Shown here: positions 38,237-52,400 of the stretch, in pieces
Position numbering within the stretch: the stretch's first letter is position 1
Layout: each line of letters begins with the position of its first letter
Assembly: GCF_001949145.1 (NCBI RefSeq)
Contig: NW_019091357.1
Coordinates: 3,496,228-3,560,227, forward strand
Source of the DNA: Acanthaster planci
Taxonomy: Eukaryota
Direction of reading: 5' to 3'
DNA length: 64,000 bases
Notes under the pieces: model-generated
Told to the model about the DNA's origin: nothing
Database searches by the model: none
What the model saw: the letters and a program-made list of their open reading frames with translations, nothing else
Made by a program: the position numbers and the translations under genes

Positions 38237-38970
38237 CAGATCACCCACAAACGCATATACAGCCAGAACTTATTCAAAACTACAAGGGTTTTTCGTGATC
38301 TCCGCGGCACCCGACTAAAATCAAAACTATTGACAAATTCACCCCTCAGCATAGGGAATTTACGCACAGTTGAAGAATTCCAGCCATAAAATTCCCGGGA
38401 GCCATTTTTTGCGATTGTAAAAAAAAATCCTCTATTCACCTTATCTGGGCCCTAGGGATTCGAAACTATGCGGTTGCAACATTTGAAAAGAAGAGATAGC
38501 AGTACCAAAGAGCAAAAAAGTGAACGTATTTTGGGAGCACATGTAAACAAATACAGGCGATGTAAGTGCGTTGCGCGTAATGCGCACTGGACGCGCTGCC
38601 ATCCATCGCTTCGCTCCTTGTTTGGCCATACTTTTCAAAATCACGATTTTACGCGCAAGACTGGCGGTCTGTGCGTTGTCTGTGGGTGAACTCATTGCCT
38701 GTATTTGTTTACATACTCCCAAAATACGTTCACCTTTTTTGCTCTTCGACAATGCTGCCCCTTCTTTTCAAATGTTGCAAACGCAGCGGTTTGAATCTAC
38801 ATAGGCAAAATTGAGGCCTTTTCAGAATCGAAAAACAGCCTCATGGAATTTGACCGCTATACCTAGGGGTGAATTTGCCCACAGTTTGATTTTAATTGGG
38901 CGCCGCGCAGATCACAGAATATTCCTGTAGTTTTGAATAGGATGTGGTGGTCTATGCGTTTATATGTCTG
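38237..38970. mobile_element. Foldback/palindromic non-autonomous element (~730 bp; arms ~38237-38562 and ~38693-38970)
   Basis: Colinear inverted blocks: TATTCAAAACTACA/TGTAGTTTTGAATA, CAAATTCACCCCT/AGGGGTGAATTTG, TTGCAACATTTGAAAAGAAG/CTTCTTTTCAAATGTTGCAA, GTGAACGTATTTTGGGAG/CTCCCAAAATACGTTCAC, ATGTAAACAAATACAGGC/GCCTGTATTTGTTTACAT. Confidence 0.85.
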
Positions 38971-39178
38971 TGCAGTTCACAGCCTTAAATACACAGGCAA
39001 TCCACCCTACAAGCACCTTGAAGTGGTAACGTAGAAGGCCGCGGTTCAGATCCGACCTAACCGGCCCACTGATAAATACAACGCCAACGAACCGCCATTG
39101 CTATTTTGATAAACTTTGTGCAAAGCATTATAAACTGGTCAGCCCTGCTTTAATGCATGCGCCACTATGACCACGTGG

Positions 39179-39421
39179 GGCCAATTTCATAGAGCTGCTT
39201 AACAGAATTTGCTTATACACGTAAAAACCTTGCTTAATGAATAAAAATTACCAGCACAAACTCTATGTGATTGTCATACTAACCAAAGACAGGTAAATAC
39301 CATTTCAAAACAATATACATCACAAGACGTTTTGGCTGATAACCTGATTTGTCAATAACGTTGCAAATGTTTTTCACGCTTAAAACAAATTCTTCGCTTA
39401 AGCAGCGCTATGAAATTGACC
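39179..39421. mobile_element. MITE (243 bp), possibly PIF/Harbinger-like
   Basis: TIRs GGCCAATTTCATAGAGCTGCTTAA and TTAAGCAGCGCTATGAAATTGACC (22/24 match), flanked by TGG on both sides (possible 3-bp TSD). Superfamily is inference. Confidence 0.8.
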
Positions 39422-42400
39422 TGGGCACATCATTATGAAATATCACAAGAGGGCACTATATATTCCTCCCAGACCAGCTGCGTCGGCGGACGATCAACCC
39501 GACCAAACATACAGTTAATGCTAAAACATCAGTAGGTTGTACGTTTCTAATACTGCCGAGTCGAGGGGATAGAGAGTTTTGAGCTGGACAGAAGATGACA
39601 AGACGTTGTCTCGGGATAATTCATTGTCCGAATGTTTCCCTCTCTGCTTGACAAACTCCATACCTCACAAAATAAATACTGAATGCAGTGCGCATGATTC
39701 TACCTTTCATATATCGGTGTTAGGTCAATAAAGGAAGCAAAGCAAATTCACGAACAATTATGGCGATTTGTATCATCCCAATCGTAGACCATCTCTTTTT
39801 GTCATCTCCATCATGTGAGTGTAATTATGAATTAACATTTAATCTTTACTTGCCCTGTGGAGTTTACTTAATGGCACTCCGTCTCAACCCCAAAATTCTG
39901 ATAACATAGAAATTGCCACCGTTATATTGTTTAATTTTGTTTTTTTTTTGCCCTGGCCGACGTGTAATTAGATTAACACCTCATCTACGTAAATCCATCC
40001 TTAGAAATACACGATAGTGTTATTAGGCTGTCTACTGTAAGTTATAACATTAAATTACGAAGTTCTGAGCAAACGTCAGGCCCTCCATATTTTGTGAGTA
40101 GTGTTTAGGTCACTGTAGTCAGCAAGCAGTTTGCAGTAGTTTTGTATTACATATCTCTGAAGTTCTAAGCAATACAGAAATGTTTGAAGAAATTTTAGCA
40201 GATAATCTTTTCCATCCACTTAATCCTCTTAAATCCACTTCGAAGTACATTTCATTCTATGAATGTGGATAAACACTTTTAAAACCCCCTCAAGACCGAT
40301 TTAACTGAAGCCTCCGCTATTTGTCAAGTGAGGAAAGATGATTTCAAAGCCTAAGTCTCCAAGTCAATGTACAAAAAGAAACTCTTGCCTCAGTAGACGT
40401 GTCTCGTTATCCTTTCGGCTGCCTGTGATTCTGAAAAGCGCCCTCATGTGATTCACAAGTTTCTGACGGTATGGAGCCTTTGCTTGCCATAGAATACCAA
40501 AGAGTAGCCCAAACGAATGAAGTATGCGTGTTGGTTCGAGCGCTGGATCTCGCGCTAAGGTCTTTCATGTGATTGTGACGTAGTCACACAAGTATTCTAT
40601 TTTCTGGCCATAATTGACGACAAGAGACGGTGTATCTTATTAGTGCTGTGTTGTCTGAATAACAGTAAGTTTCTTACTGCTCGACAGGTATGTATTTCCC
40701 AAAGAAAATATTTGGAATGAACTAAAATTGTGTTGTACAATTATGTGTGTAAACGAACAAAGCAGTCGTTTTCTTAGTGCTACTGTAACGTGGTCACCAC
40801 AAGGAAAAGGAAGGGGGAACCTTGAGGAGGATTAGCAGTTGAGGGCGTCCTTCCATACTACATCAACCACACAGAGTATTCCCATAAAAGCCGGGCCGCC
40901 GATCGGCCAACGTGCGTTTGGTAATTTCAGTGGCATCGAGAGAAAGTTGTGGGGAACCTTCATTTAATTTGAGGAAGTATATTGTGGCCTATCATATTTA
41001 AGAACAACTACATAGGCTGAAAAGGAACCAGACAAAATAACTTATTCAACGGATCAGAGTCCGTGCACTCCACAAAAAAATGCACATTCCTTGTAACCAT
41101 GCCTGCCAACTTTAGTGTGACAAAAGCAGAGATGTGGTCAAAGCTGCTGACTGGTCCTTAGCTGTCAGCTTAGCCGTCTGTCCTGTTTATAAATTAAGTG
41201 TATGTGAACAATACAGCCGTGACATGTATTTTTCTCCTCAGTTTCGAAGACCCTTCGCACATCAGTTTCATTGCTGATGGGTGCGGAGAATTAAGAATGA
41301 AATTCCTTTTTTTTCGCTAACTATGGGAAATTATTTATTTATTATCAGCTATCGGTCAGTGATGGTGAAGCCAAGTGCCTCATAGATTAACTAACAGAAT
41401 AGAAGCCCAAAATTTGGAGTTCAAGAAATGATTGTCTTGCATAAGTAATGACTGAACAGCACAGAAAACAATTTGTGAAAACAGCTAGAGACTATGCCAT
41501 ATTGAGACGAGCACGGAAAACAGGCAAAGAATAATGCTACGATGCGACACGAACTGTGCGACGTTGAGGAGCATACTGAAATCCTGGATCTAGATCACCA
41601 TCAGTGATCCTAACGCTGGTTCGCTCCATCAATCAGGCGAGTTCTGGTGTCAGTGAACCAGCGTCAGATCACCGCGTGAAACAAACAGGCCCTGAACCTA
41701 CATCCGGTACAACATCCTATCGATCTTGTATGGCGCCCTCTGTGACCACAAAGAGTGTAAATAGCAAGTCATTCATTGCTGTTTGCCCTACTCTCCTTAA
41801 ACAGCGTGATTGGTACGACCAAATTCATAGAAATCCGCTCGGAACACTTTGTCCAATGTCTACAAATTTAGAAAAACAAAAGCAAAAGCTTTAGAAAAAG
41901 ATGCGGGATAAATCGTTGCACGTTCAGCAAGGAAAAGAATCCGTGACACGCATTGTGCTCGTCAGTGCATTCCAGTCAAGGAGCAATTCGATCAAATGAT
42001 CACCCTCTTGATTCTTCGCTCTGAAGACACTGTTTATTTTGCTCGAGTTACCGGCCTCTTCATGCTCGTTGCCCGGGGCAACCTCAGCTATAATGTGCCC
42101 TCTTCTGCAAAAACCGATGCGCACAGAGATGGAAGAGAGAGCAGAATGAGAGAGAGAGAAAAAAATCATCTTGTCCGCTAGAGAAATTTGGCGCCAATCT
42201 TCTTTCAGCGTTTCCCGCGTAAGGCTTCTGGTTCGCCTGGAGCGCCAAGAGCCTCCGCTCATCACAGGCCGAGAGTTTTTCGGGGGGGTTCTGAAACGCT
42301 GGGTGATCTCACTCACGCGTTGAGTGATGCTTGATATCTCTTCCCAAGTAATCAATACTGAATATGAAGACTGCTCTCACAATAAACGAAAACTCAGAAG

Positions 42401-43408
42401 TACAAGAGACGGCAGTCGTGTATAAAACGGAACCAGCCCTGCTTATAAGAACATTTTAAATTCAATGACATTGTAATGGTGTTCTTGCATTACGTCAAAA
42501 ACACTTCCCTTCGTGTGGGACTATGGTATGAATTGACGTGCATTCTGCGTATTGTCTGTCTCCAAATGACGAATGGTTCAATGTGGATGTGTGCATGGAT
42601 AGTTGAAACATCAGACTGGTTTATCCGACACGACAACCGAAACACAATCTAATGGTTTTGCAACAACAGAATTCCTTGATGTGGGGTTGCTATTCCATAT
42701 TATATATTCTTAAGTTCCCCATGTACATTGTATTACACAGAAAACCTGATTGCGGGATGTAGGCATGCGTGCGAGGCGTATTACTAACCTGCGAAACCGA
42801 AATTTGCAATTCACTTGGGCAATATTTTCGCTGTATTGGCAGAGATTTTTCGCTTGCGCTTAAAAGAATCATGAAATCAGTACCAGTTGTACAGATCCGA
42901 CCACGCGAGGACAAATCGACCTACGTATTTTGGTGCCCAGATCCACTGCTTTCGAAATGGCTTGCCAGTGAGACATCACACTCCATTGGCCGAATTCCGT
43001 AACACTGCACGCACTCGGTGCATTTTTATGACCACCCAACTATACTCAAGCTAAGGGAAATTCATGCAGCGTTCTGCGAACCGAATATCTAATGCAGCCA
43101 GGCGCCGCTCAGGTCAAGATTATAAGCCACAGGCCAGAACCCGGGTCCTCGTCCCGTGCATATCGATCGCTTATTATTTTTTTGTTGGCGGGAACGAGGA
43201 ATAACCGTTTAGGGCTACATGTAGGGGTGGTTTATGATAATAGTACCTCTGGCTATGGCCAATTCGGCAATCCCCCTTTTTAACTGAGAGAATTTGATGG
43301 GAAAGCTTTGCTCAGACGCCTGGACAGAGGAAGGGCGCCCCAGGGCGGCAAGGGAAGGGAAGGCGACGCGCAGACCACGTCTCATCTCATTACGAAGGTG
43401 TACATGTA

Positions 43409-43424
43409 TGTGTGTGTGTGTGTG
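43409..43424. repeat. (TG)8 microsatellite
   Basis: Read directly from the sequence. Confidence 0.8.
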
Positions 43425-46400
43425 GGGGGGGTAGCTTTCCCCGCCCCTGGCAGTGACGATGGTACGGGCGCCGGTCAATGTTCTCGCCATCTCTCGCCAG
43501 TTTAGCCCATACAAATACTCTGCAAAGCAGGCAAAATTAACACCATGATCGTCGGAAACGAACCAATGGGAAATTCGGGGAGCTTTATCAGGGAAATTAA
43601 TATTCTCAGAAACGAACTCCACGACGATAGGTACAATGCAACGATTCTAGCCCCTGACGGTGAAGCCAAGCTGGGGGGTTGCACTAATCGCAAAAATCTT
43701 GCTTACTAAATACCTACATGAAATTTTCATCTTGCGAATGCTTTACTACCATGAACAGCAACTCGCGGCAAAACTGCACGTTAAATTAGGCCAACAAAAT
43801 GACATAACTTGGATTACAAAGGATACGATTTGCGTGTAATTAAAAAACCCAGAGAATACAAAAAGAGAACACCAGTTCTCTTTAATTCAGACTTTGACCT
43901 CTAACTGCGAAACGCTCTGGGCCTCGATGACAAGTAACTTGCATTTGTGCTTTGCCGAGAGTCACTGAATACAGTCTCGAGTTTTTCTCATGGTCCCGTA
44001 TGTATCATTTTGCCATACTTCAACCAAAAGCCACTGGCTACCAGTGATAGCAGTAAACGTGCCATGTGCTTTAATTGACATTATGGGGGGTTAGGCACAA
44101 ATTGGAGGTAAGCAGACTGCACGTTGGTAATACCAAGCAAGTCCCTCACCGGGTATAATGCTCTCTGCCACACCAGCTAACCGAACCTGAAACAGAAAGG
44201 CCGCCATCAGGCCGAGGAGACATGATTGCGATTGTCTCGTTGCTGTTATTCTCCCCAAAACTCCCAGCAAAATTGGCGGGGGGAAACTTAGCGGAGTGGC
44301 GACCGGTGACCGATCCAATCATGCCTCCACTTCATCAAGACCAACACCGACGAGCGATCGCCTTCTGATAGCCAGAGATCGGAAGGCAACGACCGCCTGC
44401 TTTCCCCCTTGTCCTTCTTTCAATCCCTTAGCATTTAGCACTCAGCCCCCATAAGTGGCGTCATCTTATCTTTTCGCCCCCCAAATAATTGTCGAAACTG
44501 AGTGAAAAACGCTGTCCAAGTGGCACACTTGCTTCCCCGCGCGGTCACTTTCTGCGGAAGACACGAACGGAGTGATTGGGGAAAAAAGGGAGCTCTCCGT
44601 GATTCTCAGAGAAGATGCTCACTCAGCGGTTTCGCTCTCCACTTTGCGAAACATCAATGGGCGTCCGGCAATTCTGTAGGAACTTTTTTGGTTCGTTTTG
44701 GCACGCAATAAGCACTTCGTCTTCCTGACGTCTTCCCAGCCAAAATTGTCCAATTCGATTACCAATCCAACCATTTTTTCTCTCTCCAGTGTTCTGTCTA
44801 AGCAACTGCGGGCTGCGTTTGAGTAGGCCCAGGCATCAATATCTTTCAGTCAGACGTTCCCCAAATGAGCCACCAACGTGCGGGTCCCGTCGAAGGTCTT
44901 ATGAAGATCCTGTTCCTTTGTGTTGCACGAAAGCCCGCGAAAGTCCCCACCTTCATACGTCTCGAATCACACCATGCGCTCTTGACCGGCCTTGCCAGCC
45001 CTGACAGCGCTCGGACTAATGAAAGAATAAAACAGTTTCATTGCATTCCATATGCAGATTCCTTTTTGTTTCAAGGGCAGCCTAACGGACTTTAACGCTT
45101 GGCCTGAGAGCAATACTGCCTTCTTCTTCTTCTTTTGACCGGCGTAACGGCTTAGCTTTGTTACGGTCAATGTCATGTTTATTCCTTCTCGCCAAGGACT
45201 TTTCACTTTAAATCTCCATAACTGATATCACTAAGTGTGCAAATTCGTTATCATGAAAAAAAAAAGCAATTGAGAAATCACAAAAAAGTAGAGCCTGATA
45301 TGCAAGGCGTTATCAAAGGAGCTTTCGGGTTGATTGGTTCTAATGCGTAAGCACCACGAAGTGATGACGTAACCTTGTCAACGCGCCATCGACAACGGCA
45401 CAGTCGAAGGCGATGAAGCTGTATCGACTTGTACTGCATGGGGTAAAATGAACCCTGTCATTCCTAACAGGTGCAGCAAATCCCCCTGAATCAGGAGAAG
45501 CCCAATGCATGAAATGGCCCGCCGAAATGATTACTTCTAACCTTCAGACACGCAGAGATATGTTTCACACTTGTCACATCCTTCGGCTCAGGGTCTGTAT
45601 TTCACAGGTTGGTAGAGGTATGGACAGCTGATCCGTGCCGTCGTTTTCTTTCATCACTCCAGGCAACAGCAAATTGTACGACGAAATATGCAGACGTGGA
45701 CTGAATGCAAAAGAAACGAAACAGGCATAAAACCAACCGGCTGACCGACTGACAGATCAGCCGACAAGCTAGGCAGCTATCCGCCAAGCCAGCCAACCAC
45801 CCATGCCGGCCAGCTTTTCAAGCAGTTGGCCAGACCACCAGCCAGATGGACGGTTAACTAAACACGACAGAAGCTACTGCTTAAAAAATCACGTGAGCTA
45901 TGACGACAAACTGATTTGAAATATGGTTACCTTGTAAAACCAAACTATGCTTGGCCACTATCAAGACAAAAGTGACGACATGTATTAGGCCTGTAACTTT
46001 TTTGTGGAGCACAGTAATTCTTTGCAGTTAGCTGGGGAAGTTGTGTTTCATAACCAGCCAAATTGCTGTTTCCCTTACAAGGTTTATAAGGTAAGGTTTC
46101 CCTTATAAAAGGGTCCTCCTTAAGCCATCCAACATTGTCACGATTGGGGACTGTGAAGGAACGGGACCGTGGAATGGATTGAGAAAATGAAAGCGGCGTT
46201 GACCTGATTGGCTGTTTTAATAAGTATACTATGATCACGTGTCAAGGAACCTCTCAACTGCGATATGCCTGTGCATGTGATGCAAAGTTGCGACCACCGA
46301 ACAACTTGGGAAAAATATGCGAGTTTATACCACCATGCAGTTAGTCTTGTCCACCCAATGAAATTAGGGAAGTGTGTCTCATAACCAATCATCTGTCACT

Positions 46401-49400
46401 TTTAATTGCGAGGCAAAGATGGTTCAACCACCAGATGAAAATACCACCCGAATCTCCAATACTGGAAAAAAAAATGAAAAGAGGCTTTTACGAGTGTAGG
46501 GGATTGGGGAAACTCATCAATGAATCAAAGGGAAAAAAATGTCCAGTAGAGGGGGACAGCTGCCCAGGTGCCGGGCTCTACGCAATATCGAACCTGCTAA
46601 AGCAGACGACAAACACTCGGCAAAGGAACGTAGGAAAAAACTACGCGGGAAAACGAATACGTCCAACCAGATCATCTTTTCTATTCCTCTTCTGTCTCTT
46701 GTCTCTTCGAAATTCGATTTACCAGGTTGACGCTACGCGGCCCGTGAACGGATGGCAAGTGACGGCAGTGGGCAGAGGCAATAGGTAACTTGCGTAAAAA
46801 AAGACTGCAGCCCAAGCTTCGCACCACTGAGGCCATAATAACACAGGCAGCGCGGAAAAATGACAGGCCGGGGATTTTTTTCTTGGAGGGTGTGATATTA
46901 AAAAGTGGTCTCTCCCCTTTTCCGCGTAATAATTCGGACCGTTGATATTTCAAGCTGTTGTTAGTGACAGCTAGCCCGCGCACGGTTCTTCGTCGTCTAC
47001 CATTTTAAAGCAAACCTTTATCTTGGCCCAAACACATTGAAGAAAACACGTCGACATGTGCGCAGACGTTCGCAGGCTGCGTGTAAGGTGAAATCTGTCA
47101 GGCGGGCGGGTCCGGATTATCAGGCCACACTGAAGACAAGAACAACACCTACAAATAGTGCAGCTATGGTAATAATTACCCAAAACCTTCCTAGAACATA
47201 AGTGAATGTGTCGTTTCCCGTGAAATTACAGCGGTCTTAGATGACCACACGTCCATTGACACTATTTCACATCAGCGCGTTATCAGTAACCGTTTGTGTT
47301 TTGTGTGCATGCCGTACTCATGCCAACATGAAGAGCAGGCTCAATGTACGCTAAGGACGGGCGGACAGAAGACATTCTTTAATGGGAGGGTGACTAAATA
47401 CCGACAAAAGAAGCGTCCACTGGGTTAGGGCACCAGGCAGCTTGACTGCTGTGGTCTAGCACCTTGACATACTCACAGCTGTAAATATTTCGTAGTCGTT
47501 TTTCGAACACGAGTGGGCGTACTGTGCAACGTCACCCACTCATTATTTCGCCATGCGCCCCGCTACCTTCTGTTCTGGTTGAACTGTTTTCTGTAATACA
47601 AGCAATACATTGCTACAACTGTCAAGCCCAGACGGCTACGATTAGCAATTATGATTGCGAAAAAAGTTCCCGCCACGGTATGTATGTACAGGCCGCCCGC
47701 ACTCTATCTCCGAAGCTGTTGTCTTTTTGCCTGCGTACCCAGAGGAAAAGATAGGGAAAGAAAGTAAGAGGGAAAGAAAAAAACGCGGGAAGAACCGCGG
47801 GCCAATGCGAATTGCAAAGCAATATTGCCGATGCTTTAATATTCCAGCCCCAACTAGCTGATGCATCTCGACTGCAATACACCTGCCTCCTACGGGCTAC
47901 GAGTTGGTACTTCTTATTCAGGAGGAGAAAAAAGAAATAAATAAAAAGCGCGGATAAAGGGTATTGGGTTTCCTATGTCTCAGCATCGAAGTCTGGCTAA
48001 GGTTTTTTCCTTCCCCGCGAGTTCCACCCTCCTTTTTTTCTGAACAGCCTTACGGGGGTCTGTGTAACATTAAGACGTCCCTGGGAGGGTGAGTGGGGTT
48101 AATTAAGAACTGATATGTCTTCCCGTGATGCCGTTCACCGGAAATTACCTGTCATTAGGTTACACCTCATGTATGACTGGTATACTGCAGGCGTATTATA
48201 ATCGTAGCGGTGGGATAATCCGCGATGTGGGGAAGGCGATCGACGTAATAGATGTACAACGAATCTACACCACCTAGTTGCTTCAGGCCTGACATATGCA
48301 CAAAATCTGGAGGGGAACGACCCATCAACATTTTGGAAAGATTTTATGTTTTGGTTAGCTTTTTGTTTCTATTTTTTGTTTCTTTTTTTTTCCTGCACGT
48401 GAACCCCCCAACAAAATCACGTTTTAAAAAGGTTCGTGCACACGTGCATGTGTTTGCTCCCTGTTGCCAACTCTGCAGTTCGGGAAATCCTTTGTAGCGC
48501 AGACTGACAGTTTTACATCCATTGGAAGGCACCTGAAACAACCGTTTTTACAGTTTCCATTGTCGAAAGCCAATCACCTAGACACGTCAAGGCACTGCGG
48601 CTCACATGAGGGCGCTCATCAACTCATTAATGCAGAGCGACCCCCCATGCGTGGAATATTATACGAAATGAAGTAGAAACGTAATTTCCTCTGTATGAAT
48701 CTGAGGATCGATCACGGCTCTCGAGGCCAGCTGGCCCCGGGAATGAGCCACGCCATTCACTTATCAGAATCTTAAAAAAGGAAGAAGACGAAGAAAACTT
48801 AAGCGAGTAATGCTGACCACAGCTAGTTGAGATGGACTTTGCATTTTTCACCGCTCCTCGGTTAGATATTTTGAAATAAATTAACCTTAAGTTCATTCTC
48901 TGTAAAAATGCAGCATTTAGGTAAGTCACAATTGGTCAAGAACGTACATGACGCTTAGTGATTGCATGAGTCTGAAGTTAGTGGCTATGGCTATCAGTAA
49001 TGCGCGCGTCTACGGAAGCCACTGCTTGCGGCTACATTTTATTTCCTATTGGTACGTTATAATTATTACCGGCGGCCACAGTTGAGACTTCCTGACGCAA
49101 TCACATGCGACTTTAAAAACACACACTGTACTGCTAGTTCTCTGCATTATGTTCATAATGAATGGATGAACTCTTAAGGCAATTTTGTGCTATTTTTGTG
49201 AGTGTTGCCAAAAGAGTTAGAACTGGAAATTTAAATTCTTCGGGGAACTTATTCTATTAAAGCTTAATTGGAAACACCACCACGAGGTTGACTGGTATTT
49301 GCGTATATTATTTTGTTTCGTGAATCAACCTTGTTGGGTTGTGTCGTTTTATGTTGCTCGTCATCTACGTACTCATTTTGAAACAGTGATTATCGCTGTG

Positions 49401-52400
49401 GTCTAAATATGGGAGAAATAATCGGGATTATATATGAGTTCGTCTCTTCGTTGGTCATCTTGGGTCTTCCCGTTTCACGTCATCAGTTCCACTCTTTTTG
49501 CATGAAAAAAAAACCACCCAAGTTTTGGCGAGTTGTGACAGGTGGGGCAAACAATAATCCTTCTCCGAAAATTTCAGCGAAGTGTTGAGAATTGAAATAA
49601 AAAAACACGCCTAAACTGTGCTAAAATGGCATCCATAAATCCCAAAGGAAATGATCAACCTCCAAATGCTGGGGGTTCAGTGAACAAGATACCTTCAATA
49701 CTTTCTTCGGTAGCAGTCTCAAGACAGAAGCATGATTATTTTGTCGGGCTGAGTGCTTAGCAACCAGCCCGCTTTCGTCATGCGCTCATTGTATGTCTTG
49801 TTGAGGATTTCAAAGTGCTTGTATTTCAATCACTGCCATAGGTGTTCGTGTCTGTCCGTCAGTCTGAAATTCTTGATACATATACTGATTGTCGAGGTGT
49901 TTGTTTGTTTGTTTGTTGTATGTTCGTCTGCCAACTGTCTTTCGGTTTTCTGGTTCTCGCTATTTTTCAAAGTTTGTTAGTCGACTCTGTCAGTTGTGGC
50001 CTGCCGGCTAAATCTTTCCTACGTCTAAACAGTTCTGTTCCAAGAACAGACAGGTATTGCAATTACTGCTTGCTAGACCGAACAGCGAAATACAAACACC
50101 ATTATTCACAAGCCTCAATCTTTAATCGTGACTCCATTAACCTAAAGAAAAAAATTAAGAGACCAGAAAAAAAGAGGGAAGCAGACACCCACGGAAGGAC
50201 CATATTTCACGGTCACTCATCAGATCCCCAATAAGTCAATCCCAGATTGTCAATTACGACTTAATTAAGCTGGGAGCTTTACATAGGATGTCACCCCCCC
50301 TTCTTCTTGTGGGGGGAATACGAATCACAGAGGGGTCGCGTCTAGCTGATGGAGCGGGAGGGTGTTTAAAATGCGCAGGAGGGGCCAGCCGACCGTAAAC
50401 ATCCAGCCAGCTCTTATGTTTATAGCGAAAAGGGGTTCCCAGCTAATATGGAGATCAAAAATTAATATCTGCGCGGACATTCCTGTCTGCCTTGCACTGC
50501 ACCGTGATGCAGGTTGTGATTGGCATTCTGCATACAATTACCGGAAATATTTCACTACTGCACTATCTTATTAAGACCTTAAGCTTTTCCCAATTAAGAT
50601 ATCATGAGGACATGCTTAGTTGAATAATGATAATGTGTGGGTGTTGGAGGCGTTTACAGTACACTCAGCAATTAGATTCAACACAATTTGAAAGAAAGTT
50701 TGAAATTATATAAAATTATAAACCAAAAAATGCATGAGGATTTTTTTGGGGGGGCAAGGCAGTAGCTCACATCTGAACCTCATCTATTGTAGAGGATAAG
50801 GCGTGAAGCATACACGTGCGTGTACACTGCAACCTGCACACGTCACTTCGACAGTAACATTCTTTTGAGTTTCACGGTAAAAATGGTCCCAGCGAGACTA
50901 AAAAAGACAGGAGGCACGAGCACAAAAAGACAAAAACACAAAGACACTAGGGACCAATTCTGATAGAAGCGGAATCGCAAAAACATGACTCTTGTGGATC
51001 AGAAAATTGAGTGAAATTGACGGCACTGCACGAGACATATCGCTACAAATTAAGAGTCTGAGTGGATTGCCTTTTGTCAGTGGATGGGGAATTGGCGTAC
51101 AGCGTGATTGCGACTCCAGACATGCTGAGCACACTTTTTGAAGGCTATGACTCCAACGTCACGTTGGTAAAGGGCGACTTAACTGCCGGGAGAACATTCG
51201 CATTCCCAAAGGATTCTTTCTTCGGTAGAATAAGCATTTTTGGCTTTTGTTTCAACGATCGAACCTTTGACAGTACGTTATACCATTTCCATCTTTAGCG
51301 TCTTTGGGGGTTAACACAGTTTGCTGTAATCTTACCATTTAGAAGAGCAGTTTCGCTATACGGGCATTCTTGCTAACAAATATGCAATGCCTTGTCTTTT
51401 TCAAAGGGTATTGCTATGGGACATTTAGCAGATACCATACCCATATCTTGGCACATCAAATCTTACGGTGGCTAAGCTGGAAGAAAAAATGGAAAAACGG
51501 CAAAAGAACACAACACGTAGCCGCAATCATTTTCCAACGTGAGGTGCATTTTGAGAACAAACTACCAATGTTTGGATAAGGATGGCTGTCTCATCTTGTA
51601 CTTCACAACTCCTCCCATTGACCACCCTTCTCTAAACCCCCGCAAGCTTAAAAGAATAAGGGGAAAAAACGCGCGCAAGAGAAACCAGTTTGGCAATACC
51701 ACCGCGCGCATGCCACAATCTGTTGTTTCCCCAATCGAAACACTGCACCTGAGACACTCGTGGACGCTGAACGCCAGAGGGCGTGCGTAACGCGAGAATC
51801 GCCGCTCGACGTCATTGGGCTGGCCTTCGCGCGTTCGCTATAATTGAGCCCTGAGATAAAACAATATCGGTAGAGTAGGGTTTTTTCCTCCTCTCTTCCC
51901 CCCCCCGTCATTTATCTGAGAGCTTCGTAATCAACTTATGAGCTTGTACTGCTTTCGATGATATTGCTGGCTGAGGGATACATTCCATTGATTTCTACGC
52001 TCCCACGCAATGAAATTAACACCTAAACTGTCTAAGTTTGACTAAGAAATTGATTTTTGAAAGCCATAACATGGGGCACTCTAATAATAAAAGTGTCTAA
52101 TTTCTCCTATGCTGGAGCGTATGTTTACAGCTAAATCTAAAAGAAATGTTTATCTGAAATGTTAAAGTAAGCAGATGTTCAGTGATCAAAACTTAATAAC
52201 TGATACTACCCGCACCCTGTGTACGTGTAGCTGTCACCAGACACAGTGTCACGTTCACAATTACATACAAATAATGTGGCGCTGCACAGATTGTTCCTAG
52301 AGCCAACAATTGAAATCTCACAAATAAGGCGTTTGGTTTATATTCTCAGTCATTTTACTCATAAAGAAATGTAAAATAAAACCTCAAAAACGAGCCAAAC

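Noticed and set aside
39010..39070. tRNA/SINE-like B-box (GGTTCAGATCC)
   Set aside because: No cloverleaf or convincing A-box; at most a highly decayed SINE fragment.
39965..39975. Perfect paired-class P3 dimer site TAATTAGATTA
   Set aside because: A few such AT-only sites are expected by chance in 64 kb, so a single copy is not evidence of autoregulation.
46372..46788. ORF containing YAISNLL, resembling an eh1/octapeptide motif
   Set aside because: The surrounding translation is low-complexity and not exon-like, and there is no downstream homeobox or other domain.
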